DNA of 64,000 nucleotides, from the NCBI GenBank assembly GCA_964016885.1, contig OZ024741.1, positions 327,794,001-327,858,000 on the forward strand, in the 5' to 3' direction. Numbering within the stretch: position 1 is the first letter of the stretch; each line of letters begins with the position of its first letter. Below the pieces are notes generated by a model. It did not search any database. It was not told the origin of the DNA and saw only the letters and a list, made by a program, of their open reading frames with translations. Source of the DNA: Eledone cirrhosa (Eukaryota). Shown one piece after another: positions 52,443-64,000 of the stretch. A program made the translations under genes and the position numbers.

Positions 52443-53438
52443 GTGGTTCACTCTGTTGGTTGCAACACCTAACAGTATATGGTGGTGCTTAAAGTTAGAA
52501 TGCAATGAACCTGATCATATTGCACAAAGCATCTTGTGGGACTCTTACACAATTCCAGCAGTCCAATACTCATGGATGCTATAGGAAAATATGAATGACA
52601 AATCTGAGGTATCAGTGTGTTTGAGAAAGAAATAAACTTTGGTTAACTACAATATATGTCAATGTTTGGACGCTTGCAAAGTGGACGTCACCCTCCCCAA
52701 CGTGGCCCAAAGAGATTGAAGCGGGCTCTGAAGGGAAATATGTTTGTGTAGGGAGTGGGCTGCGTTGGTAGGCAAAACGTGGAGTTGGCGGACGATTAAG
52801 CAAAGAAAACACATCAATTGTTGCTTGTAAAATCTGTCTATATATATATATATATATATATATTAAAATTTAATTTTCAATAAATAATCCTTTGATTATA
52901 TTTACAGAGGGTGAGAGAAGCTGCTGAATAAATATATTTTCTGAAACTAGTCGCTAGTAATTTAATATTTAACGGAACTAAACCCCATTATTCTAATTTG
53001 CAATGATTCTTCTTCAAACTTGCCTCCATTCTATGGAACATACCATTTGTCAAGGAGGAATTTAAAAAGAGCAATGAAATAGTTATTCGCAATTAAAATA
53101 TTCAATTCGACTTGCTAGAGATGCTGTACCAGTTGCATATTGACTTCTGATCCATTAGTGGATCAGAGATTAATTTGAGAAATTCATAGGCTGTCTATGA
53201 AGGAGTGTCTTGCATGCATTAAATTCAACTCTTCTTAGTAATAACAAGTTCTATGAAGAAGAATAAAACACATTTAGTCATTCTATGAGAGTAACTTGGT
53301 CAGCCTCTAAAATGTTTAGCCTACCCACGTAAGAACAGAAATAAATTAGTGAACAAACTAGCGATCAAGATGGGGTTTTGGGTTGAGATTGCAATATATA
53401 AGACAACGATGTAGAGGATGATAAACAATAGTACAGAA

Positions 53439-53822
53439 CAGCGTTTCTCAACTTCTTTAACCTTCTGAAAAACTTGAAATAGTTTTCATATCTCAGGGAA
53501 TCTCTACAAAAAATTATTATATACCATTATTGATTTATAATTCTTTTATATAAAGCTTTTTATATAACGCTTTTATATGAAGCCTTTTTATATAAAGCTT
53601 TTATATGAAGCCTTCTATATAAAGCTTTTATATGAAGCCTTTACCATCATAACGAATGGTTTTCCAACAACTTGCTGTACTCGTATATTAAAATTATGAA
53701 TATAAGATTAAACAAAAAATACTCAACCTTGTATTAGTTTATTTACTACTGTTTCTCGCAGAACCCCTAGTGACCTCTTGTGGAAGCCAAGGGTTCCAGG
53801 GAACACCGATTGTGAAACACTG
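53439..53822. mobile_element. hAT-type MITE
   Basis: TIRs cagcgtttctcaa / ttgtgaaacactg; subterminal gaacccctag..gggttccagggaacac; internal ttttatatgaagcc repeats. Confidence 0.6.
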
Positions 53823-55867
53823 TGCAGATGGGCATGTCAAAAGAACTGAATAACAATAATACAAAACGGCACAATAGAAATATAAGATAATTTAGCCGGC
53901 TGTAGTAGTTATGTAAAATAGCGAAAGTAAAAGTTTTACTTATAGAAAAGGTGGTTAAATATATATTAAAAATACAAAAATAAAGAGAGACGGGAGGAAA
54001 ATATTGATTGAATTAGAGGATAATGGAATAATATTATGCTATAAAAAATAGTTGAACAGACAAATAATTACAAACATGATGTCAAATAAAAGAAACAGAA
54101 AATTATATGAAAGATTCCATACTGAGACTGAGTTATACGGGTGAACAAAAATAATACAGGAAAATAATTGTTTGAAGAAAACTGCACAAAATGGGAGAGA
54201 TAAACAGAGAGCCAGAGAAAGAGGGACAGAAAGAAAGATATAAATAGAGGGGGAGCGAAACTAAGAGTTAGAGATGGATAGATAAATAGGTGATATAGAG
54301 ATATAGAGAAAGAAAGAGGGAGAAAGAAAGAGAGAGAGATGGGACGAGAGACAACCAACTAATACGTCAGCAGTTCATATATAGTTGGACAGATGGGTAC
54401 ATTAGGGTAAGTGAGAGGGTGAGCGTATACACAGAATCAATGCATAAAAAATACAAATACAAATAAAAAAAAAAACAGGGAGATGGTGTAAAAGAGAGAG
54501 TAAAAACAAGAAAGATTTAGAAGAAAGAAGACAGATCCAGAGAGGCAGAGAGACATTGCGAGGGATACAGACAGAGAGACAACAAGGAGTGAGAGAGAGA
54601 GAGGAGACTCTGAGGGCGACAGAAATACATAGTAGACAGAAAAAGTTACACACATAGATAGTCAGAGAGCGAGAGACTGGGTGAGAGAAAGAACGAGAGA
54701 AAAACAGAGACACCAAGTGAGAAACAGTGACACCAAGAAACAGAAAGAGCGAGAGCGGACGAGAGAAGAGACAGAAAGAGAAACAGAGAAAGTGAGAGAC
54801 AGTGAAAGAGAAACAGAGAAAGAGAGAGACAGAGAAGGTAAGATTCATGTGTCTATTTCTACTAAAGTCTGTTTTCTGTATTTATATTTTTTTCTCTGGT
54901 GAACAAAAATTCTCTCCTTGGTTAAAGTATCAATCTAAAGGCAGAATCGAATTCAATGCACGCTTCCGATGCATTAATTCAAACATTTATTGATTGTGAT
55001 TAAACAGATGTCTTCCCTGTTCATTGGTAATTTATTATACATCCCACACCTCTCCACATCCAGTGTTTTGCTCGCTCGATGGTATTTGTCTCCTACTAAA
55101 CCGTCGAGAAGAAATTACCGTGTGACAATATACAACTCTATGTTGACAAACACATTAACAAACCACTGATCTTATATGTTGTGTTTTCACATGTTTGATT
55201 CTTTTTGTTTTATTATTTTCTTTGTTTATAATGAAGATTTATTACGAGATAAAATTACACATTGTAGAAACGAAAGAATTGACGTTTCGAATAGCGCCCT
55301 CTTGTGTAAATATTTAATACAGCACTCTGGTTCGGAAATGCGAATTTCCAAAATGTTTGCATAACTAAACCTCGATATCCCTTCAAAAATATTTTTCTCT
55401 TTCTTTCATTTTGGCCCTCGTCTTTCGACTTCTATCTCGCGTTCTATCTTTTGTTGAAATGATTAAGAACTGAAATGTTAAGACGCCTTTCCTATTCTAT
55501 CAAGCATTAGATTAATATACATCATCATTGTATTATATTTTTAATCAGTTATGTTCTTTTTTTTTTCTTACCTTTTCTCATATATATATATTGTCATATT
55601 TGGGGAGGGTTATATTGATCTAATATTGCCAAAAGTAATATTAAAACACACCCACTGTTTGGTTTGAATTGGCTCCCGCTTCTGTACCTTTTATATTTGT
55701 ATAGTTAATTTATCTGGCAATCAATGTTTATCATATATATATATATATATACACATACATATATAAACAGTGCGTGTCCCAAAAATGTATTATACACAAT
55801 TTGAATACCTGTATAGGCAATATTTATTAAGATGGTGTTGAAGAAGTGTATACACATATTTTGGGGA

Positions 55868-56685
<818 letters not shown>

Positions 56686-56736
56686 AGAAAAGATTGTTTC
56701 TTATATGCACGTATATATATATGCTTATATATATAA

Positions 56737-56784
<48 letters not shown>

Positions 56785-57027
56785 GTAAAAAGAATATCCA
56801 AAGGGCAAGAGCACTGAGGCCCGTGAGATGAACTGCTATATACAAATGAATTAGTTTACTACAAGTGCATAACGTGAATTGAACAGTTGCTGTCATATAA
56901 TACACTAACCAAACTGGTGTATGTCGTTATTCAATCGTTATAATAAACTAATTTAATTGAATATGTATATATATATATGTGTGTGTGTGTTTATATGTGT
57001 GTGTCTATGTATGTATGTATATATATA

Positions 57028-57074
<47 letters not shown>

Positions 57075-57085
<11 letters not shown>

Positions 57086-57700
57086 CAAGGTTTAGCAAAT
57101 AAGAAAAAGTTTTAAAATAAATTTTAAAAAGTTCACTGTACCTGCTGTAATTACCCTTACCGTACGGTTTCAAGTCTCAAAATAAATGGATAATCCATGC
57201 GGAAAATCCATTGAAAAGGAAGACTCTCGTCAGAGGGTTCTTTTCACCCGGAGAATATAAAATTCCCGAGTTCAAATCACGATCTGGCGCTATTAAAACT
57301 TGTTCCCGAGATGAGAGTGTATGATAAAGAAGCAATTCTGTCTAGTGCCGTGTGCAAAGATAGAAGGCAGAGGCGGAAAGGGCAATCTACTTCCACTAGA
57401 AATAGCAGCAGTTAAAACGACCAAAATGTTATCTCGACCAGGGGAGATTAATAATAATAAAGTATGTATCCCTACATGCAAAATACATATAGGGACACAT
57501 GTATTATTCAACTGTATGCCAATGTGGTTCTATGGCAGGTTAATAAATTAACGAGCCGGAATATATATAATCAAAGTTTAGCAAATAAGAAAAAGTTTTA
57601 AAATATATTTTAAAAAGTTCACTGTACCTGCTGTAATTACCCTTACCGTACGGTTTCAAGTCTCAAAATAAGTGGATAATCCATGCGGAAAATCCATTGA
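57075..57700 (-). mobile_element. Retrozyme-like tandem element, 486-bp unit, about 1.3 copies (family H4b)
   Basis: Diverged paralogue of 55965-56685; hammerhead at 57153-57238 and a truncated copy at 57639-57700; (TA)n on both sides. Confidence 0.72.
57153..57238 (-). ncRNA. Type I hammerhead with long helix II (H4b)
   Basis: accct CTGACGA gagtctt..aatggat..atccatt..gagactt GAAA ccgtacgg TA agggt; perfect palindromic helix III ACCGTACGGT. Confidence 0.8.
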
Positions 57701-57734
57701 TATATATATATATATATATACATACTTCTATTTA

Positions 57735-58245
57735 ATCTAATTTGCGTAATTGCAGACGAATCAAGTGTTATTAATAATATTCGTAAAACTCAGATTACAT
57801 TTATTGTATTCAGCCATGTAGAGCGAACATTCTTTTTTCTCATTTGAATGTGGCAAAGCCGGCCATTTGTCGCTCGTGTACAAGGAAACAGACTGGCCAG
57901 TCTGCTGATATGCAGATCTGACTGATCAGCCAATCTCTACTATTATACAAATCAGGCCGATCAGTCACTGTATATTTTTTTAAATAGCATACATTTTCGC
58001 TAGCTCAGACAGTTGGCAGATGAACAGTGAGCTGTACTGATGAATGGTGATACCCAGAAACATTAGTGTCTGCAGTTCTGTTCACATGCCAACACAAGAG
58101 CAAGAATGAAGGCTTCATTCTACTGACATGGGTTTAAAAATGAGGCTTGTTTGCATAATTGCAAACGAATCGAATGTTATGATTAATATTCGAAAAACTC
58201 AGATTACATTTATTGTATTCAGCCATGTAGAGAGATATTTTCTTT
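57735..58245 (+). mobile_element. Retrozyme-like element, unit about 409 bp with terminal redundancy (family H5)
   Basis: Direct repeats at 57742 and 58151 enclosing a hammerhead; flanked by (TA)n. Confidence 0.65.
58012..58093 (+). ncRNA. Type I hammerhead with extended helix I (H5)
   Basis: gttggca ga tgaacag t gagctgta CTGATGA a tgg tgatac cca GAAA cattagtg TC tgcagtt ctgttca ca tgccaac. Confidence 0.82.
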
Positions 58246-58279
58246 TCATACCTATCTATATATATATATATAAATTATA

Positions 58280-58860
58280 AAAATGGAGCAAGAAATCAGG
58301 ACTATCCGTCATCAGTGATCTTCTGGCTATCATCGGTATTTCTTCGCATTAAAGACCAGATACCTCAAGTCAGCGTGAACAATAACTAAAATAAGTTATT
58401 GGGATAAAAAGAATTGGGTGGAGAAAGAGAGACATGTAAGCTAGAAAAGGATTTCACACTGGTCAGACGGGAGGAAGTGAGAGAGCGGGAGTAGCAGAGA
58501 GTGAGTGAGTGAAAGTGTTAGGAAAAGGCCAGCCGAGAGAGGTTGACCAGCAGAAGAGGTGAATGAAAGTAAGAGATACAAGGAGAGAGAAGGAGTAGAG
58601 AGAAAGAGGATAGCAGTAAGGGAATAGAATCAGACAGGTCACGGCGAAGGGAAAAAAATATATATGAATGAAAAATGGCGTGCTGCGTTGTTGCGAATGT
58701 GATACATATGAATTAAAAAATAGAGCAAGAAACCAGGACTATCCGTCATCAGTGATCTTCTGGCTATCATCGGTATTTCTTCGCATTAAAGACCAGATAC
58801 CTCAAGACAGTGCGAACAATAACTAAAATAAGTTATTGGGATAAAAAGAATTGGGTAGAG
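58280..58860. repeat. Direct repeats of about 140 bp, 437 bp apart (PLE-terminal-repeat-like)
   Basis: gagcaagaaa..ggactatccgtcatcagtgatcttctggc..gataaaaagaattggg at 58286 and 58723. Confidence 0.75.
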
Positions 58861-59743
58861 ACATGTAAACAAACAAAAAGGTAAGGCAACGTAAAGAGAG
58901 GAAGATGAGAAAACAAGTCAGTGATACATGTGAACTTAAGTTCTAGCAAATCATTGACGAGAAGAAAAAAGACGCGTCCACCCAGCGAAATATGTATATA
59001 TATATATATATATACATACTCATATAAATACATACATACACCCACATCACATTTACTACGAAATTTACGCTGTTAAAATAACAGAGATAGCATATAGGAT
59101 AAATATATGTAGATATTATTTTAAATAGGGGTCTTCATTGTGTATTTTTACAACAAAGCCTTAATAAAGAGTTTATTATTCAATTTTCTCTTTACAAATG
59201 CTGAAGGGAAACGACTGTAGTAGGTCACTCCTAACGAAGAAATGTAATATATAAAAAGAGCAATTCTGATAAACATCATAATTAACGTGCTCTACTGCAG
59301 CAATTGCAAGAGGCCATAAATTTGTCACTATTGTCTTTGGTGGGGTTAGAGAAGTTTTGTGCACATTACAATCGTTGGTTCATCAGGAGTTTAAAGCGGA
59401 CCATAAAGTTATTGACAGATAAAGATCTTGTTATTAAGGACAATTCAGTTAGCAGAGAATTAATATTAAATATTACAAAAAATAAAGGTTAACAACTTAC
59501 ATTCATTCCCTTCATCTCTTCGTCGGTTTCAATACGGTCATAATGGTTCAGGTATTTGCAGAACAACAGGTAATTATTGGTTAACAATTAATTAAAAAAT
59601 ATATATAACTAATAGCTCGAAAAAGCGTGTGTTTAAAAGAATCTGCTGAAGATTTGAATTTCATTTCTTCTATTTTTAATGATACTTAATGTACACGGAT
59701 ATATTTCTCACGTTCAATTATTCTCTTACAATTGATCTATCAC

Positions 59744-59904
<161 letters not shown>

Positions 59905-60367
59905 CTATGCGATAGCTGCCTAAACGGCAAGAACTCAGCCGTCGGGTTTCAACTGTAATATAGTCACACTCTACTATCCCAAGTATCGATCACTCTGTTT
60001 AATTCTGGTTTAATCCTGATATGTATATATATATAGAAAGAGAGAGACATAAAAATAATCAGGGTGGATACCCGATCGCGCGGTTAAACCACTGAAGGTG
60101 AAGGATCCCTAGCCTCTGTCAGGGCATTCTTCTTCAAGGCTATTCAGTAAACTGCGATAACTCCGACATAAAACCTGCGGCTCAGTAGTTACCGATGATG
60201 TTGATCTTTTCTTTTTGTGTTATAGCTACTGTCGCTCAAAGAGTGGGTTTGGCTCAGTGAACAGTCTTTCCTCATTTAAAAAAGAATCTTCACGTACAGG
60301 TATTGCACGATAGCATTAATTAATAATGTTATATCGTGCAACGGTCATGCTCGATAACGAGGGGGCA

Positions 60368-60408
<41 letters not shown>

Positions 60409-60497
60409 TATTTATGGGGGTATACATATTTGTGTGTGTGTCTGTGTATACATATATGTGTGTGTGTGTGTATATGTGTGTGTGTGAATGTGTGTGT

Positions 60498-60675
60498 TTA
60501 CGTGTGTCAGCTGAAAACTTCATAGGCTGACCAAGATATTCTCCTGGAATGACAAATGAGATTTATTTTTCAACATAGTCCCTAGAAAAAAAACAATGCA
60601 ATTATTACTAAATAGAATTGAAATTAATACACGCAAGTCACAGTCAGCCTATGATCTATTTAACTGACCCTCGTT
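60498..60675. mobile_element. mariner-derived MITE
   Basis: TIRs tacgtgtgtcagctgaaaacttcataggctgac / gtcagcctatgatctatttaactgaccctcgt. Confidence 0.7.
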
Positions 60676-60965
60676 TGTGTGTGTAAATTTGCTAATTGTC
60701 GAGAATGATACGTTATCGACACACTACATACTGTGAAATTATCTGCATCAAACTACACGTAAGTCTCAATATATTTTTCTCGCTATAGGTTTATCAATAT
60801 GTAAATGTGTGTATATATATATATATATTTATATATATGAATGTATATATAGTGTATTTTGCAATGCACTGTATGCTTAATTAAAAGCATTTCGAAGACC
60901 TTACACTATTGTTTTAGAGTAGTGACAGTCTCACTTACTTTAAATTTTCAGCAAACAGGGGAGAT

Positions 60966-61012
60966 AAACTGACAGAGCTCTGTTTCGTACATTTTGGTAC
61001 TTATCAAAGCTA
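60966..61012 (-). ncRNA. Type I hammerhead, U3-A8 core (H6)
   Basis: agct TTGATAA gtac caaaat gtac GAAA cagagctctg TC agtt. Confidence 0.78.
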
Positions 61013-61478
61013 AGTACTCCACCTGAAAATCATGAATGTTTGATTCTTATTGAATTCTAGTAATAATCAATAAATGATTATACAGAGCGGTTGCCGGTCA
61101 AGCAGAAATTGAAAATTAGAATTGGAGCTCTGAAATAGCGATATATATATATGAATGTATATAGCAAACAGGTGGAGTACTTAGCTTTGAAAATCACGAA
61201 AAACTAAGAAACAGAGCTCTGTCAGCTTTATCTCCCCTGTTTGCTTTAATTAAGTGAGACTGTCACTACTCTAAAACAATAGCGTAAGGTCTTCAAAATG
61301 TTTTTAATTAAGCATACAATGTATTTCAAAATACACTATATAGACATCCATATATATATCGCTATTTCAGAGCAGCAATTCACATTTTCAATTTCTGCTT
61401 GACCGGCAACCGCTCTGTATAACCAGTTCCTGATTATTATTAGAATTCTATAAGATTCAAACATTCATGATTTTCAGC

Positions 61479-61555
61479 AAACAGGTGGAGTACTTAGCTT
61501 TGATAAGTACCAAAAAGTACGAAACAAAGCTCTGTCAGCTTTATCTCACCTGTTT
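61479..61555 (+). ncRNA. Type I hammerhead, U3-A8 core, extended helix I (H6)
   Basis: aaacaggtg gag tactt agct TTGATAA gtac caaaaa gtac GAAA caaagctctg TC agct ttat ctc acctgttt. Confidence 0.8.
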
Positions 61556-61697
61556 GGTGAAAATGTAAAGTAAGTGAGACTGACACTACTCTAAAACAAT
61601 AGCGTAAGGGCTACGAAATGCTTTTAATTAACATACTGTGTATTGCAAAATACACTATATATACATTCATATATATATCGCTATTTCAGAGCACCAA

Positions 61698-61765
<68 letters not shown>

Positions 61766-61831
61766 AAGAAAAAAGATGAAATCGAAAATGCAACTGGAGT
61801 TTTTTTTCTTTACATATATATTTATTTGCTT

Positions 61832-61870
61832 CCTTTACCGGTTTCGCTGTTCTTCTGCTTTTCAAAAGTA
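61832..61870 (-). ncRNA. Minimal hammerhead, U3-A8 core (H7)
   Basis: ctt TTGAAAA gcag aagaa cagc GAAA ccgg TA aagg. Confidence 0.55.
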
Positions 61871-62434
61871 GAATTGAGATGGCGGGTCTGTGGTTTTTCT
61901 CACATCTGGTTGGTCATTGAATGTTACTTCTGTTTCGTATAGAAAAAAGTGACTCGAAATGTAAGGTTTTTAGAGAAGTAATTTGGTTGGTTGGTGAATA
62001 AATATAATAAATTTCGCGCCATTTCGCGTTACAAAGTTCTTCAAACAAAGGGGGTGGTTCATATATGAGGGACATTTGGTTGATTGATGCAGTCACGTGA
62101 ATAAGCATATCGGCTTTCGCGCCAGTTTGTGTTTGAATTTCTTTTTACTTAAAAAAGGGTGGCTCACGAAGATTTTTTTAATAAATATAATTTGATTGGT
62201 TATAAATGAAATTATGATTCTCACGTGTACAATTACCTTATATTTCGCGCCCGTATTTGGGAATTTATTTTGTAGCCTTTTATAGAATTTTGTGTCAAGA
62301 AAAATGGTAAAGAAAAATTGGATGGAGAGAATTGTTCAGGTTCAGTGAATATGGCTGGTGAGCTGGGGTGTCAGAATTCAGACTTTCTATTGAAATAAAG
62401 AAAGTAGAGATATGTATGTTTATTTGTGTGCTTG

Positions 62435-62499
<65 letters not shown>

Positions 62500-63186
62500 G
62501 TGTGTGTAGGAAGATGATTCTATTAGTAGAAATGGGGGAGGGATTTGTGTGTGCATGAGTGTTATGTGTGTGTGTGTGTGTATGTGTGTGTGGGAGTATG
62601 GTTAGCATGTTAAGATGGGGAGAATATATGCATTTTGTGTGTGTGTGTGTAGGAAAATGATTCTAGTAGTAGAAATGGGGGAGGGAGTTGTGTCTGTGTG
62701 TGGGGGGGGGGGGGGTTGATATGTGTGTGTGTGTATGGGTGTCATGTGTGTGTGTGTGTGTGTCTGTGTGGGAGTATGGTTAGCATGTTAAGATGGAGAG
62801 AAAATATATTTTTTTTGTAGTGTATGAAAATGATTCCGTTAGTAGAAATGGGAGAGCGAGTTATGTGTATGTGGAGGGTGTGGTTAGCATGTTAAGGTGT
62901 TAGAGTATTAACGTATTTTAAGATTTATTTAGTTCTAGTTTTTATTTTCTAAAGTAGAAGGTGTTATGTGTGTATGTATATGTATAAATACTAGGGATTG
63001 TAGAAATGTTCATAGGCTTACTATGAAGTTGTTATGCAGTAGCTGTAAAATCTTGCATGCATTAGGTTAATTTTTCCTTATCATTAACTGCATAGCTTCG
63101 TTCTAAAGGTTATGTTGAGAAATAAACCTCATTTGGTCATTCTATGAGCTTATCTCAGGCAAACCACAGACCCTCCAACTCAACTC

Positions 63187-63226
63187 TACTTTTGAAAAGC
63201 AGAAAAACTGCGAAAACGGTAAAGGA
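63187..63226 (+). ncRNA. Minimal hammerhead, U3-A8 core (H7)
   Basis: ctt TTGAAAA gcag aaaaa ctgc GAAA acgg TA aagg. Confidence 0.55.
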
Positions 63227-63339
63227 ACCAAATAAATATATATATATATATTTTTAAATAAGACTCCAGTTGCATTTTCGATTTCATCTTTTTTTTCGTG
63301 TAGGACACCTCGGTTAGTTTTCATTTTGTAAAAAACCTC

Positions 63340-63410
<71 letters not shown>

Positions 63411-63562
63411 TATAGTAATAATAATAAATTCGAAGAGAGTTCGATAAGGATAAATAAAATATATATCAAATATATAAGGACCCTAGAGCAAATATTTATT
63501 AAAAAAACAGATTAAAGTGTAAGCAAAGAATCGCTGCTTTCACCCTTAACGGGATCTTCTGA

Positions 63563-64000
63563 GACTAAAAAAATAAATCTGTGAACGCAGAAGTAAATAT
63601 TTAGAAAAACGTTGCAACCGAAGGAAAACAGTAAGACGATACTTTGGGTCGCGAAGACGTTACCTGGCAATGAACGGAAAAAGGCGAAGATGAAACGTCG
63701 TTATGTGGAGCGGTGAGAACAAATACACGGAAAGACAAAACCACGTTTAAGGTATAATGAAGTCGTAGACAACTTTATTTTGTTTCGTTTCTATGATATC
63801 TATTTTTTATATTTAAAATAGTTTAAACAAATGTTCATACATACATAAGCATGTATATCTCTTCTTTATGTAACTAAAAAATAAATCTGTGAATGCAGAA
63901 GTAAATATTTCGAAAAACGTTGCAAGCGAAGGAAAACAGGAAGACGATACTTTGGTTCGTGAAGACGTTCCCTGGCAATGAACGGAAAAAAGTGAAGATA
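63563..64000 (+). repeat. Tandem repeat, unit about 305 bp, second copy runs off the window
   Basis: aaaataaatctgtgaa.gcagaagtaaatattt..gaagacgtt.cctggcaatgaacgg at about 63570 and 63878. Confidence 0.8.

Larger units (their letters stand above)
60830..61703. mobile_element. Retrozyme-like array, unit about 315-325 bp: one inverted monomer plus about 1.7 direct copies (family H6)
   Basis: 60830-61162 is the reverse complement of the unit repeated in 61163-61703; hammerheads at 60966-61012 (-), 61183-61227 (+, degenerate) and 61496-61540 (+). Confidence 0.8.
61760..63345. mobile_element. Non-coding PLE-like element with inverted terminal repeats, each carrying a hammerhead (family H7)
   Basis: 61765-61900 is the inverted repeat of 63160-63297; internal CA-rich tandem units at 62500-62900; same terminus at about 385-430. 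Confidence 0.65.

Noticed and set aside
63514-63566. CAGAAGA-tccc/gggt-GAAA-gca/tgc motif on the minus strand (related copy at 3436-3485)
   Set aside because: U4A in both copies and weak helix I; too degenerate to call

Overview
AT-rich eukaryotic DNA made almost entirely of repeats. The abundant (TA)n/(CA)n/(GA)n microsatellites and the tRNA-derived SINE family suggest a coleoid cephalopod such as Octopus (inference). I recognise no intact host gene, and most short ORFs in the track are microsatellite artefacts ([18 protein letters not shown]). The window holds decayed transposons: three tandem Tx1/L1-clade LINEs in (GATA)n, three R4/Dong-like RLE elements in (TATG)n, RTE fragments, a CRE-like element, Penelope-like (GIY-YIG) remnants, Helitrons, mariner and hAT elements, and many SINEs. 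The most interesting layer is non-coding. At least seven distinct families of type I hammerhead ribozyme motifs were read by eye. Several sit in non-coding tandem units of about 315, 410 and 485 bp between 55.9 and 61.7 kb that resemble retrozymes (candidate circular RNAs). Two families carry a compensatory U3-A8 core (UUGANAA) in place of the canonical C3-G8. All calls come from manual reading with no searches or folding programs, so boundaries are approximate.
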